From: an uncultured virus (IMG/VR IMGVR_UViG_3300027608_000025)
Lineage: Duplodnaviria; Heunggongvirae; Uroviricota; Caudoviricetes
IMG/VR virus record: IMGVR_UViG_3300027608_000025
Direction: 5' to 3' (one strand)
DNA: 64,000 bases
Positions 48,750-59,300 of this stretch are shown in pieces. Below the pieces are notes generated by a model. It was not told the DNA's origin and ran no database searches. It saw only the letters and a list, made by a program, of their open reading frames with translations. The translations under genes and the position numbers were made by a program. Numbering within the stretch: position 1 is the stretch's first letter; each line of letters starts with the position of its first letter.

Positions 48750-50792
48750 ATGACCAGAGAAACCCTCAATATTTTAAGAATCATACCTAGAGATGCTGAT
48801 TTTCTAGATAGAAAAACTGGATCTCGCGGAGAAATATTCTACGATAAAGATACAAATACACTTCGTTTGTATGACGGACAATATCAGGGAGGTTATACAC
48901 TAGCTAAGGCAGACTTAACAAATATCACTAACTCAGATTTCCTTGCCAAAGCTAATTCAGCAGGATTTAGTGGTGGGGTACAGGCAGGTGTAGCTGGTAG
49001 AATAGCCTACTATCCTAGTACAGGCAGTCAGGTCAACGATCTTGCTGAAGTTTATTGGCATACACACGATAGCGCCAGTATGTTGCACATCAACGGACTG
49101 TTGGAAGTATCTGGCCAAAAAAATAAGATACGTTTCCACTGGGACACACTGGCTGATTTAACCAGTGAAGTTCCTGCTGTAGATTGGCACGGTATGGTAG
49201 CCCACGCACACGATACGGGGAAATTGTATTACGCTCATGCCAGTGCTTGGGTGCCAGTAGCCAGCGAATCTAGTCTGCCCAATTCATTTAGCACTGTGGT
49301 TGTTGCAGGACAGAGCTCTGTGATAGCCGATTCTACTGCTGACACACTAACCCTAGTCGCCGGCTCTAATATTACTATTACTACCAATGCTGGCACAGAC
49401 ACCGTAACCATAAGTTCAACTACCAGCACAGGTTCTATTACTTTTGTAGGAACCACAATAGATTCAGCAGACAGTTCCACCATCACATTTACGCCTACGG
49501 TGGCATTTGATTCAGATGTTGTGGTAGGCAATGAAATTGTATTCGCGGACGGGACAAGGCAATCGACCACCGCCGTAGGAGTTCCCGGACCACAAGGACC
49601 ACCAGGCCCCACAGGAGCGTCAGGCGCGGGAACAGGGGATGTATTAAGCGCAGGCGGCGGGTATGTGGATAATGCTATCATACGCTACGATGGTACCACA
49701 GGTACAATCATTCAAAACAGTTCTGCGACTATATCAGACGCTGGATTATTGACAGCTACCAGCTTCAGTGGTATCGGCAGTTCTCTGACTGCGTTAAATG
49801 CTACACAACTGACTGCTGGAACTATACCAGATGCACGTTTTCCAGCTACACTGCCTGCACTAAGCGGAGCAAATCTCACAGCATTGCCTGCGACCCTGCC
49901 AGCCGCCAGCGGTGCAAATCTTACTGCATTGAACGCCACTGAACTTACCAGCGGGACAGTACCTGTGCTTAGACTAGGTGCGTCTGGCACTAGAGACGCT
50001 ACTACCTATCTCAGAGGAGATAATACATGGGCTACAGTAGCAGGCGGCGGCGGAGCAGCATCCGACAGTTTCGCTACTATCGCAGTAGCTGGACAAAGTT
50101 CTGTTGTAGCTGATTCTGCCACAGACACATTAACACTGGTAGCTGGTAGTGGTATAACTATTACCACAGATGCCGGTACAGATACGATAACTATAACCAA
50201 TAGCAGTGCTGCTCAAAATACATTTTCCACTGTGGCAGTCACCGGACAGAGCAACATCGTAGCAGATTCTAGCACAGATACACTGACAATAGCAGCCGGT
50301 ACAGGTATTTCTATTACCACAGATGCAGGCACAGACACAGTAACTATAACCAGCACAGTCGCCGCTGGCGCTACTGCATTCACTGGTCTTAGCGATGCAG
50401 GAAGTCTCACCGTGGATAGATTTTATCTTCCTGCGATCACTATGTTGGATGTCACTGCCAACGGCACATCAGCCTATAGATTTGATCAGTACGGTACCAC
50501 AGATGATCCTACCATATATGCCATCAATGCTACGACTATCGCATTCAATTTGGCCGGCGCTACTAGCCATCCGTTCCTAATACAGGACAACACCGGTACC
50601 AATTACAACACTGGATTGGTGCATGTAACCACCAGCGGAGTTGTGACCACAGGGGCAGCAGCACAGGGCAAGTCATCGGGTACTTTGTATTGGAAGATTC
50701 CTGATTCTATATCAGGCAACTATAGATATCAGTGTCAATCTCATGCTGGTATGATAGGGACTATAACCATCAAGAACTTTGGCAGCATCTAA
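48750..50792 (+). CDS. Fibre-like virion protein with a collagen stretch, internal repeats and a C-terminal cupredoxin-like domain
   Basis: GEIFYD..T.TLRLYDG N-terminus, GVPGPQGPPGPTG, three F.T..V.GQS.V.ADS..DTLT..AG repeats, C-terminal HPF...YQCQSHAGMIG. Confidence 0.7.
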   Translation: MTRETLNILRIIPRDADFLDRKTGSRGEIFYDKDTNTLRLYDGQYQGGYTLAKADLTNITNSDFLAKANSAGFSGGVQAGVAGRIAYYPSTGSQVNDLAEVYWHTHDSASMLHINGLLEVSGQKNKIRFHWDTLADLTSEVPAVDWHGMVAHAHDTGKLYYAHASAWVPVASESSLPNSFSTVVVAGQSSVIADSTADTLTLVAGSNITITTNAGTDTVTISSTTSTGSITFVGTTIDSADSSTITFTPTVAFDSDVVVGNEIVFADGTRQSTTAVGVPGPQGPPGPTGASGAGTGDVLSAGGGYVDNAIIRYDGTTGTIIQNSSATISDAGLLTATSFSGIGSSLTALNATQLTAGTIPDARFPATLPALSGANLTALPATLPAASGANLTALNATELTSGTVPVLRLGASGTRDATTYLRGDNTWATVAGGGGAASDSFATIAVAGQSSVVADSATDTLTLVAGSGITITTDAGTDTITITNSSAAQNTFSTVAVTGQSNIVADSSTDTLTIAAGTGISITTDAGTDTVTITSTVAAGATAFTGLSDAGSLTVDRFYLPAITMLDVTANGTSAYRFDQYGTTDDPTIYAINATTIAFNLAGATSHPFLIQDNTGTNYNTGLVHVTTSGVVTTGAAAQGKSSGTLYWKIPDSISGNYRYQCQSHAGMIGTITIKNFGSI

Positions 50793-50803
50793 TTAGAGTG
50801 AAA

Positions 50804-51067
50804 CTAGTCTAGATTTTTTAATTTGTTATCTAGTTTTTTACGAATAGCTACTATATTCTGTTTCATATCGGAACCCATAGACGGCATCTGTTTGGTATAG
50901 ATCATTTCCATGTGCATGGTGTCTAGTTTTCTAACTTCAGAGATCAATTTGTTCAGCAGTTCTTTGACTTCTTGTTTGAACTCACCTTCTGGAATCTGTT
51001 CAATCTTGGCTAGATACCGTTCGTGGTCTTGTTGAAATCTACTAGATTTCTGTAGTAGGCTTGACAT
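50804..51067 (-). CDS. Hypothetical protein
   Basis: 87-aa helical ORF overlapping the end of the upstream gene. Confidence 0.55.
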   Translation of the reverse strand: MSSLLQKSSRFQQDHERYLAKIEQIPEGEFKQEVKELLNKLISEVRKLDTMHMEMIYTKQMPSMGSDMKQNIVAIRKKLDNKLKNLD

Positions 51068-51437
51068 TTTCTAACTCCATGATAGTTTCAATTTTAATTC
51101 TGATCACTTGATTATTCAGCGTGGTTTTCAAACCCAGATGCAGTTGTTTAGGAAGATCATCTAGATCGGCCCAGCACACAGTCCGCACCGCAGAGTTTAG
51201 AAATTCTTGATCAACCACACACACATAGGTGCCGTATTCAAATCCTCGATCCTCTGACAGATACAACTCAATAGGCAGTATTCTGCCTGTGGCATAATCT
51301 TTGAGCAGCGGAGCACTGTCTTCCAACAAAGGTCCTGTTCTCACGAAAGTAGGTACAGTCCATCGTTGATCCTCGAGGATCAACAGTATTCTACCTGTGG
51401 TTTTGGCTAAAAATAGCAGTCCGGCACGCTGTTGCAT
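51042..51437 (-). CDS. Degenerate NUDIX-fold protein
   Basis: Probable start ATG 51437, 5 nt after TAAGTA. AGLLFLAK.TGRILL...W and W...DDLP..LH.G flanks are present, but the catalytic Nudix box (REx2EE) is absent. Confidence 0.5.
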   Translation of the reverse strand: MQQRAGLLFLAKTTGRILLILEDQRWTVPTFVRTGPLLEDSAPLLKDYATGRILPIELYLSEDRGFEYGTYVCVVDQEFLNSAVRTVCWADLDDLPKQLHLGLKTTLNNQVIRIKIETIMELENVKPTTEI

Positions 51438-51451
51438 GTGAGTACTTAGCG

Positions 51452-53014
51452 TCAGACCATCCTGAAGTTCCAACGTCCTGGCGCATACTCGCCCTCAAAG
51501 GCCTTGAGCCATTGCGAGCCGTCCCATTTGTATTTGATACCTGTGCGGATGTTTTGGATATAGGTGGCTTCGAAATCTTGATCAATAACGGCATCATCTT
51601 GTAAGGTGTTATCATCGGGATCCCAGATAGTGTTCCACTTGGTTCCGGACCATTCTATGATGGAGTTAGCTGTGATTACAGGATCAGTGCCGTCCTGGTT
51701 TTCCCATGACGAATCGTCGTTGCCGGGCTCACGCCAAGCCTGTGGTCCGCGATAAGGCACATTGGTGCTGTCTGCGGGATTACTAGGGTATTCGATGAAT
51801 CCTCCGCGATTCGCACTGTTGTTGACATCCTCCAACATGAGGAATCTCAAACCTATAGGAATACCAGCATGATTACCATACACTTCTAGAGGATTGTATT
51901 TGTAAGGATCGATGATAGCATCCACGGTGCCACGAGTTTCTATAGCACTTGCTATATCTGAGTTAGCAGGATAGGTATCTGGATCTAGAGTCACAGTCAA
52001 TACTGTTCTATCTAAAGGATTGATCACAAATGTGCCAACAATTTCACTGTCACTATCTTTGAGAAAAAACACATCGCTGCCTGGTACATATCCGCCCTGT
52101 ACTTCTAGGATACGATCCCATTCTACGGGCTCACCATTTTTATATTCTTGTGCATCTAGTCCCAGTGATAAGACTGCTGCGTCAGGATTGACCAGCGTGA
52201 GGTCATACTGATTGTCTGTGAGGTTGCCTGTGTTAGACTTAAACAGCAGCACACGATATCTGTTACTAGAATTAGTTACTATAGATACTGTTGGTTTTTC
52301 ACGATTGTAAATTAACTGTTCGAGATCAGCAACATCTCCAGTTTCTGTGAACACATTTGAAATAATAGTCTGTACGATACCTAATTTTTTAACTTTCGCA
52401 GGGGCAGTGATATAGATTGGTATTTCAAAGTCAAGGCTACAGACATCTATTTCGCTTTCCGCACCAGCAGGAATAGTCCTTGAGGTAAAGTTTGTGCTGG
52501 TAAGATACAGTGTGCTGAGACTGGTCCAATCTAGATAGTTGTCTGTGGTCTGTAGTTCTAGACTAGGGTTAAACAGCACAAGGATCTGTTCCAGCAGTTG
52601 CAGCTTTTGATCTGTGTTAGAAGTCCATATGTCTGCTTTCATGGTCATCTTGAAAGGAGTTGGCATTAGTCTTTCTACGGTATAGTTGCCACCCTGCGCA
52701 TTTTGATATTCTCTAGTTCCCGCAGCATCTGTGAATCTGCGTTCCCTCACATGCACTTTAGAAACAAACGTAGGATCACTGAGCCGCGACGTATCCATTT
52801 CTAGGGCACTGATATAACAGCTGATCTTGGGCACAGACGGCATTTTATTTTCTGAATTTTCTTTGATGATAGCAGCTACCTGGCGTGCCTGGTCACCATA
52901 GCTTACAGGCACACTGATCTCATCACCATTGCCAGCTTTGTATTTGAAGCCTATGAACACACGCATGAACTGTGTTACATAGCGTCTTATTTGTCCGTCA
53001 TAGAAAAAATCCAT
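51452..53014 (-). CDS. gp15: Tail terminator/sheath stabiliser, T4 gp15-like, with a C-terminal extension
   Basis: FFYDGQIRRY, VPVSYG, P.IS, P.PF.M, QLLEQILVLFNP. Confidence 0.8.
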   Translation of the reverse strand: MDFFYDGQIRRYVTQFMRVFIGFKYKAGNGDEISVPVSYGDQARQVAAIIKENSENKMPSVPKISCYISALEMDTSRLSDPTFVSKVHVRERRFTDAAGTREYQNAQGGNYTVERLMPTPFKMTMKADIWTSNTDQKLQLLEQILVLFNPSLELQTTDNYLDWTSLSTLYLTSTNFTSRTIPAGAESEIDVCSLDFEIPIYITAPAKVKKLGIVQTIISNVFTETGDVADLEQLIYNREKPTVSIVTNSSNRYRVLLFKSNTGNLTDNQYDLTLVNPDAAVLSLGLDAQEYKNGEPVEWDRILEVQGGYVPGSDVFFLKDSDSEIVGTFVINPLDRTVLTVTLDPDTYPANSDIASAIETRGTVDAIIDPYKYNPLEVYGNHAGIPIGLRFLMLEDVNNSANRGGFIEYPSNPADSTNVPYRGPQAWREPGNDDSSWENQDGTDPVITANSIIEWSGTKWNTIWDPDDNTLQDDAVIDQDFEATYIQNIRTGIKYKWDGSQWLKAFEGEYAPGRWNFRMV

Positions 53015-54405
53015 TATTCATCCGCCTGTGGTCTTAGAGCCTTGGTAAGGCTCTGCTTTTCTTTGGTCTCATGACCATCTATGGTAGTCACTGTGGTGTT
53101 GTTGACAAACGTGGCCTTTTGTGTCTGACGAATATCTTTGCCAGCATAGGTACCACCTGCAGCCACATCACTGGCTCCGAGATTGTTCATGGTCATGCGC
53201 ACATTGTCCTCAAATTTAGTCCAACGTCTGCCATCAAATCTAAACAGTCTGTTGGGTAGATAATCAGTCCTAAGAGCAAACTGCCCCACAGTGGGATTGA
53301 TAGGAAATGCGATACCAGCAGTAAATGGAGCGCCGTTAGGCGGCAGGCCATCTCTGGTCAGATACCCGTTATAGCCGTCGCCGTCTGCAGACATAAGCAT
53401 CGAGCTTGCAGTCTGTCCTACGTAGACAGGATTGCCGTCTGCATCAAACAACGGTGTGCCATCTATGTCAGTGGCCTGTGTCTCAGCATCTACAGTCACA
53501 GCAGTGGCATCTACCGAAGCAAGTTCCGCTGTGCCATCCTCTGCTCTCTGCAAGGTGTAGAACTTGCTGTTATCATATCCACTCTTAGGAGCATCAGCTT
53601 CTGCTTGATTTAATACAGCTGACGTGATCTGCATTTCTTTGTTGTAGGTAGAGATGATATCTTTCAGCGTGTCAGCGATCACATAGTAGGTACCATTGGG
53701 AGGTGCAACTCCTGTTACTTCTTGGGTGACCTGATATTTCTTGCCATCTGCGCCTGTGACAATGTCTCCAGGATAGTAAGTGATATCAGCATTGTAGGAG
53801 CCTCGGTCGGAGTCTGTGTTGGCTATGCCGTCTAAGATCTGTTTATATTCTTGGCTGTCTACCAATGGTTTGCATTTGGCTCTGTACAGATGCGGATACC
53901 ATGTCACAGAAAATCCTTCTGCTGCTCTGCTTACTTCTTCGATGACATAAAATCTTTTCAGCGCATACTGAAGATCGTTCAACGCATATTCATCTGTGAG
54001 GTGCGGCAGTTCTATCACATCACCTGCGATGATTTTACGACCTATCTTTTCCACAGTGTCGTTGATGTGGAACGTAATAAAAATAGTATCGTTCTGTAGA
54101 AACAGTCCAAATTGGCTGAGATTGAAATCTATGTCTGAGAGATTATACACCCCCCTAAGCAGATAAATGTCGGGATCATATTTGCGATCTCGATTTTCTA
54201 AGAACAATAGATCCTGTATGTTAAAGGGATCGTCTGTGTTGTACGTGGGCGTCGAAGGAGTGTTGCCCTGCACAGCGGTATCGGGCCCAAGATATTTGTG
54301 CACCAGCACATCCGTGCCGCCAACCTGGAACATTTCCCAGATGGTTTTATCTATAAATCGGTAATCATTGCCCTTTTGGGGCCGGTAGAGACTGAGTCTT
54401 GGCAT
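53014..54405 (-). CDS. gp14: Neck/head closure protein, T4 gp14-like, extended
   Basis: DLLFLENRDRKY, LSQFGLFL..D, GDVIELPH. Lies between gp13 and gp15. Start is 54405 or 54411. Confidence 0.7.
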   Translation of the reverse strand: MPRLSLYRPQKGNDYRFIDKTIWEMFQVGGTDVLVHKYLGPDTAVQGNTPSTPTYNTDDPFNIQDLLFLENRDRKYDPDIYLLRGVYNLSDIDFNLSQFGLFLQNDTIFITFHINDTVEKIGRKIIAGDVIELPHLTDEYALNDLQYALKRFYVIEEVSRAAEGFSVTWYPHLYRAKCKPLVDSQEYKQILDGIANTDSDRGSYNADITYYPGDIVTGADGKKYQVTQEVTGVAPPNGTYYVIADTLKDIISTYNKEMQITSAVLNQAEADAPKSGYDNSKFYTLQRAEDGTAELASVDATAVTVDAETQATDIDGTPLFDADGNPVYVGQTASSMLMSADGDGYNGYLTRDGLPPNGAPFTAGIAFPINPTVGQFALRTDYLPNRLFRFDGRRWTKFEDNVRMTMNNLGASDVAAGGTYAGKDIRQTQKATFVNNTTVTTIDGHETKEKQSLTKALRPQADE

Positions 54406-54438
54406 AGTCATATATTTACCGCTACGATAAATACTATC

Positions 54439-55197
54439 ATGAGCACAACTGATCAAGCAAAACAACAGGTTTTTGACTACTGCAAGGCCATGCTGGGTGA
54501 CGGCATGATCGACATAGAACTAGACCCTATACACTACGAAACCGCACTGAATCGCAGTCTAGCTGTGTTTAGGCAGCGCAGTGATAACGCTGTAGAGGAA
54601 AGTTATTGTTTTCTCACACTAACTGAAAGCAACAACGAATATATCCTTCCTAAAGAAATACAACAGGTTAGACAGATATTCCGTCGTTCAGTGGGATCTA
54701 GAACGGGCAATGGCACAGGTGGAACGGTGTTTGAACCGTTCAATTTAGCCTATTCCAATACCTATCTGTTAAGCTCGACTAACATGGGCGGATTAGCTAC
54801 CTATGAACTGTTTGCACAATATCAGGAACTGGTGGGCAAAATGTTCGGCTCCTTTATCAACTTCACATGGCACCCACAGAGCCATAAGCTGATCATACAT
54901 CAACGTCCTAGAGGCGAAGAGTCTGTGATGCTACAGGTCTATAATACCAAACCCGACTTCGCTATCATAGATGATGTGTATTCTGGGCAGTGGATCAAGG
55001 ACTATACCTTGGCCAACTGCAAGATGATGCTGGGCCAAGCACGTGAAAAATTCGCACAGATCGCAGGACCACAGGGTGGTTCGGGGCTCAACGGTGCTGC
55101 TATGAAAACTGAAGCTGCCGCAGAAATGGAAAAACTAGTGGATGACCTAATGAAGCTAGTGCCCGGCGGTTCAGGGTATTCTTGGATAATTGGCTAA
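54439..55197 (+). CDS. gp13: Neck protein, T4 gp13-like
   Basis: Probable ATG 54439, 5 nt after TAAATA. LG...IDIEL, WIKDYTLA.CK.MLG.AR.KF..I.GP.GG..LNG. Confidence 0.85.
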   Translation: MSTTDQAKQQVFDYCKAMLGDGMIDIELDPIHYETALNRSLAVFRQRSDNAVEESYCFLTLTESNNEYILPKEIQQVRQIFRRSVGSRTGNGTGGTVFEPFNLAYSNTYLLSSTNMGGLATYELFAQYQELVGKMFGSFINFTWHPQSHKLIIHQRPRGEESVMLQVYNTKPDFAIIDDVYSGQWIKDYTLANCKMMLGQAREKFAQIAGPQGGSGLNGAAMKTEAAAEMEKLVDDLMKLVPGGSGYSWIIG

Positions 55198-55203
55198 AAA
55201 TTC

Positions 55204-55232
55204 TTGACTCTTTGATTATTCTATAGTATACT
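55204..55232 (+). promoter_or_regulatory. Sigma70-type promoter TTGACT-17-TATACT
   Basis: Canonical spacing, followed by an AAGGAG SD and the dNMP kinase ATG. Confidence 0.75.
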
Positions 55233-55252
55233 GTCTTTGTAAGGAGACATTT

Positions 55253-55924
55253 ATGATTATAGGAGTATGTGGTTTTATTGGCAGCGGCAAGGACACCGTC
55301 GCAGACTATCTGGTTAACTTCCACGAATTTAGACGAGAATCATTTGCCAGCACACTGAAAGATGCTGTGGCAGCCGTATTTGGTTGGGACAGAACCATGT
55401 TGGAAGGTCGTACTAAAGCAGCTCGTGAGTGGCGCGAACAGGTAGATCCATGGTGGGCCAAACGCTTAGATATGCCTACGCTAACCCCTCGATGGGTCTT
55501 GCAATACTGGGGCACAGAAGTCTGTAGAAAATCCTTCCACGATGATATCTGGATAGCCAGTTTAGAAAACAAACTGCGAAATTCACAGGATCATGTGGTA
55601 ATCTCAGACTGCCGTTTTCCTAATGAAATTGCCAGCATACGCAATGCGGGCGGTAAAATCATTTGGGTGCAACGTGGTGCGTTACCCGAGTGGTATGATA
55701 CCGCAGTGGCAGCTAATCAAGGCTATAATTGGGCTCATCAAGATCTCAAGATGCGAAAGATACACGCTTCAGAGACTGCTTGGGTGGGCACAGAGTTTGA
55801 TCATATCTTGATCAACGATCACAGCATAGACGAGCTCTACGATACTGTGAGATCAATAATCAGCAACGAGATCACCTTGACGCCAAGTGACTCCTTCTTT
55901 GCTCAGAACGCCAGCACAGTTTAG
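55253..55924 (+). CDS. gp1: Deoxynucleoside monophosphate kinase
   Basis: GFIGSGKDT P-loop, FA..LK, TPR.VLQ.WGTE, ISDCRFPNE, HASE. Confidence 0.9.
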   Translation: MIIGVCGFIGSGKDTVADYLVNFHEFRRESFASTLKDAVAAVFGWDRTMLEGRTKAAREWREQVDPWWAKRLDMPTLTPRWVLQYWGTEVCRKSFHDDIWIASLENKLRNSQDHVVISDCRFPNEIASIRNAGGKIIWVQRGALPEWYDTAVAANQGYNWAHQDLKMRKIHASETAWVGTEFDHILINDHSIDELYDTVRSIISNEITLTPSDSFFAQNASTV

Positions 55925-56188
55925 ACATATGGTTTTAAGATTCGCAGCTCGGCAGTTGTCTAAATTGCCGTCCATGTGAAACACTCTAAAAACTTCCGCA
56001 TGCGGAGAACGAAACCCGCATTTTTCACACTGCGATTTCATTCTATAGCCACTGCGCAACCATCGTGGCACTCCTGTGTATAACCCATGAGCCATACAGA
56101 TTTCACAGAGACTTCTATAATAGGTCTTGGAATTTTTCTTATAGTTCACAGCACAGGGTCTTGCACCGCACTTGCATAGTGGTCTCAT
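55853..56188 (-). CDS. Small Zn-finger/HNH-like protein
   Basis: Probable ATG 56188, 5 nt after TAAATA. Several Cys pairs and H.DGN..N....NL...C.NC. Confidence 0.65.
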   Translation of the reverse strand: MRPLCKCGARPCAVNYKKNSKTYYRSLCEICMAHGLYTGVPRWLRSGYRMKSQCEKCGFRSPHAEVFRVFHMDGNLDNCRAANLKTICLNCAGVLSKEGVTWRQGDLVADY

Positions 56189-56301
56189 ACAGATATTTAA
56201 CGCTTCTGTACCTTTTGCGCCCCTTTTGATTGGCACGTAATCATCCATTTTTACTTGATACAGCTAAATATTATGAGCAACTATTACCAGGAGAAAATGG
56301 G

Positions 56302-59300
56302 ATGGCACTACAATCACCAGGCGTACAAGTTACGGTAATCGACGAGAGTTTTTATACACCAGCAGAACCTGGTACCACACCTCTTATCGTAGTAGCAACA
56401 GCGCAAGATAAAACCAATGGTGCAGGCACAGGCACTGCATTAGGTACCACAGCGGCCAATGCTGGCAAGGCCTTTAAGATAACCAGCCAGCGAGAACTTA
56501 CAGAAACATTCGGCGTTCCATTCTTTGAGAAAACAGCCAGTGCTACTCCTGTACATGGTTCAGAGCGCAACGAATACGGACTGCTTACAGCCTACAGTTT
56601 ATTGGGTGTAAGCAATGCTGCTTTTATCGTAAGAGCAGATGTCGACCTAGACGAACTAGAAGCACAGACTGACGCCCCGGGAGCGAATCCCACAAACGGC
56701 CAGTGGTGGATTGATACGCAGGCCACAACCTGGGGTATCCAAGAGTGGAATGGTGCCGCTGCAACAGTAGCAGGCGGCCAGAAATTCACATATAAAGTGC
56801 CAATCGTACTCACAGACGCAGACTATCCTTCAAAAATTGTTCTTAATGGCAACGCCCCAAAAGAAGGAGTAGGCAAGATTGGTGACTATGCTGTGGTTTT
56901 CCGCACAGTGGAAGGTGACACTAGTTTTGGTGCAGAAGAAGAATATGCTAGAATCTATTACAAGAGTCCCGGTGCTCCAGCGTCTGCTGGTGGCAATGTA
57001 GCTGCGGTTGATGCAGGCGAATGGGTTCTAGTTGGATCTAACGAATGGCAGTCTAGCTGGCCTACAGTTAGCGGGACAGCAGTTAATACTTCAGTGACTT
57101 ATGATTTTTATATAAACAACAGTTTGGTCACTGGTACAGGAACTATTACGCAAGTGGCCTCAGCTATTAACTCTGGCAGTATTGAAGGAGTCAGCGCCCA
57201 GGCCATCAGCGGTAGATTGTACATTTACTCCAATGGTGAAACAAGCGCCACCGACGACTCAACCGGAGCAGATGGCAGAATTGTAATAGCGGTTGGAACA
57301 TCTCCTTTAAGTAATGTTGGATTGACAGCAGGAACATATCTCAATCCTCGTCTAGCACAACAACCCCATACATCAATACCTGCGTTCAAACTTGCAGATA
57401 ATGCCGGAACGGTAGGCGGAGCAGCCACTGGCAGTGTGTGGGTCAAAACCACCGAACCCAATAACGGCGCTCGTTTGAGAGCCAAACGTTGGAGCTCAGC
57501 CACACTGTCATGGGTCAGCTATGAAGCACCTATCTATGACACCACCTCAGCAGCTCTGTACTATCTAGATCGCAGCGGAGGCGGTGCAGGTATTGCAGAA
57601 GATGCATTATTCACACAGTCAAATGCCAAAGAAACATCTGGTCTTGACACAACACCTGCTACAGCAACATTTAGATTATGGCGTAGAAATATTGCTGTAG
57701 GTTCAGCTACCAGCATCACCAGCAATATAATTAAAAACGGCACATTGGGATCATCAGGTACCAAAACATTTACCATCAGTGAATCACTGAAAACCACACT
57801 TGCCCTAGACACTGCGAAAACAATTACATTTACAGCAGTCAATACCAGCGCAGATGCAGAACTAATGGCTGCGGCTATTAACGCAGCTGGATTTACCAAC
57901 ATTGTGGCTTCTGTTACAGCAGTCAGCCTTACATCTAACAGATTAATTATCAGTCACACACTAGGTGGAGATTTTAGACTAGTAGATACAGTAAGCACCG
58001 CAGTGGCCAGTATGTTTACTGCTTACAACATAGACACACTAGCAGGCACAGAAAACTTCTACGCTGCAGAATCTGCAGTAGGAGGCTACCTAGCTTCTGG
58101 TTGGAAGCCACTAGCAGCCTCGGATCCAAGATTTGCTGCTTCTCCAGATGCTCCGTTGAACGAGCCACAGGACGGTCAGTTATGGTATAATCCGAACTTC
58201 TCAGAAGTTGATCTAATGGTGCACAATGGTAATACATGGGTTGGATATCGTCATTCGACAGCACCGTACTATGAAGCAGCCACAGCAACATTGAGAAACG
58301 GATATCTGCCTATAGTGTCAGCTTCAAATCCCTACAAGGCCAGCGTAACTGCCAATGGTGATATATGGATCAGCACAGCGGATCTTGAAAATTATCCTAC
58401 CATTTACAGATACAACACCAACTTGAGTGATGTACCTGATCTTGCACAGCGTTGGGAACTGGTAGACAAAGCAGACGATACCACAGAAGAAGGTGTGTTG
58501 TTTGCAGATGCACGTTGGAATACCGCAGGTACTTCAACAGTGGCCAGCACCATAGAAGACCTAATTACCAACAACTTCTTAGATCCAGACGCTCCGGATC
58601 CTGCACTATATCCTAAGGGTATGCTGTTATGGAACCTACGCCGCAGCGGAGGTAACGTCAAACAGTATCAAAACAGCTACATTGATACTACCGCTGATAA
58701 TCCAAGAACCAGTGCAGCTACACTAGCAGGTTCAGCATTTGTCAGCGGCAGCGGTGAAAGCATGGAAACCTATGCCACAGACCGTTGGACCACAGCTTCA
58801 GGCAACAACGAAGATGGCTCAGGATCATTTGGTCGCAAAGCACAGCGCAAGGTTGTAACACAGGCCTTGAAGAGTGTAGTTGATACCAGTCAAGAGATCC
58901 GTGACGAAGAACGCCGCAATTTCAACATCATAGCTGCTCCTGGTTATCCAGAACTGTTGAGCAATCTAGTGAATCTAAACATCGATCGCGGTGTTACAGC
59001 GTTCGTGGTTGGCGACACACCGTTGAGACTACCTTCAGATGCCACAAGTTTAACCACATGGGGTACTAATGCTAACCTAGTCACAGACAACGGTGACGAT
59101 GGTGTTGTTACATATGATGAGTATTTGGCGGTTTATTATCCAAACGGATTCACCACTGATCTCAGCGGTTCGCCTGCAGTGGTTCCAGCTAGCCACATGA
59201 TGCTGAAGACCATCACACTCAGTGACAACGTCAGCTTCCCATGGTTTGCACCAGCAGGAACACGTCGAGGTGGTATTACTAATGCAACAGCAGTGGGTTA

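Noticed and set aside
49270..50360. Three ~130-nt repeats in ORF 48750 as a nucleotide-level element
   Set aside because: They are degenerate at synonymous sites and are explained by protein repeat units of a fibre shaft.
55853..56188. Mobile HNH homing endonuclease
   Set aside because: It is short, has its own late-promoter spacing, interrupts no gene, and has a partly degenerate HNH motif. It is kept only as a Zn-finger/HNH-like CDS.
56230..56301. Longer N-termini given by the ORF track (56230, 54298, 54465, 15059, 19884, 22078, 39814, 40368, 42442, 43491)
   Set aside because: Downstream ATGs fit SD or late-promoter spacing, stop-start overlaps and family N-termini better.
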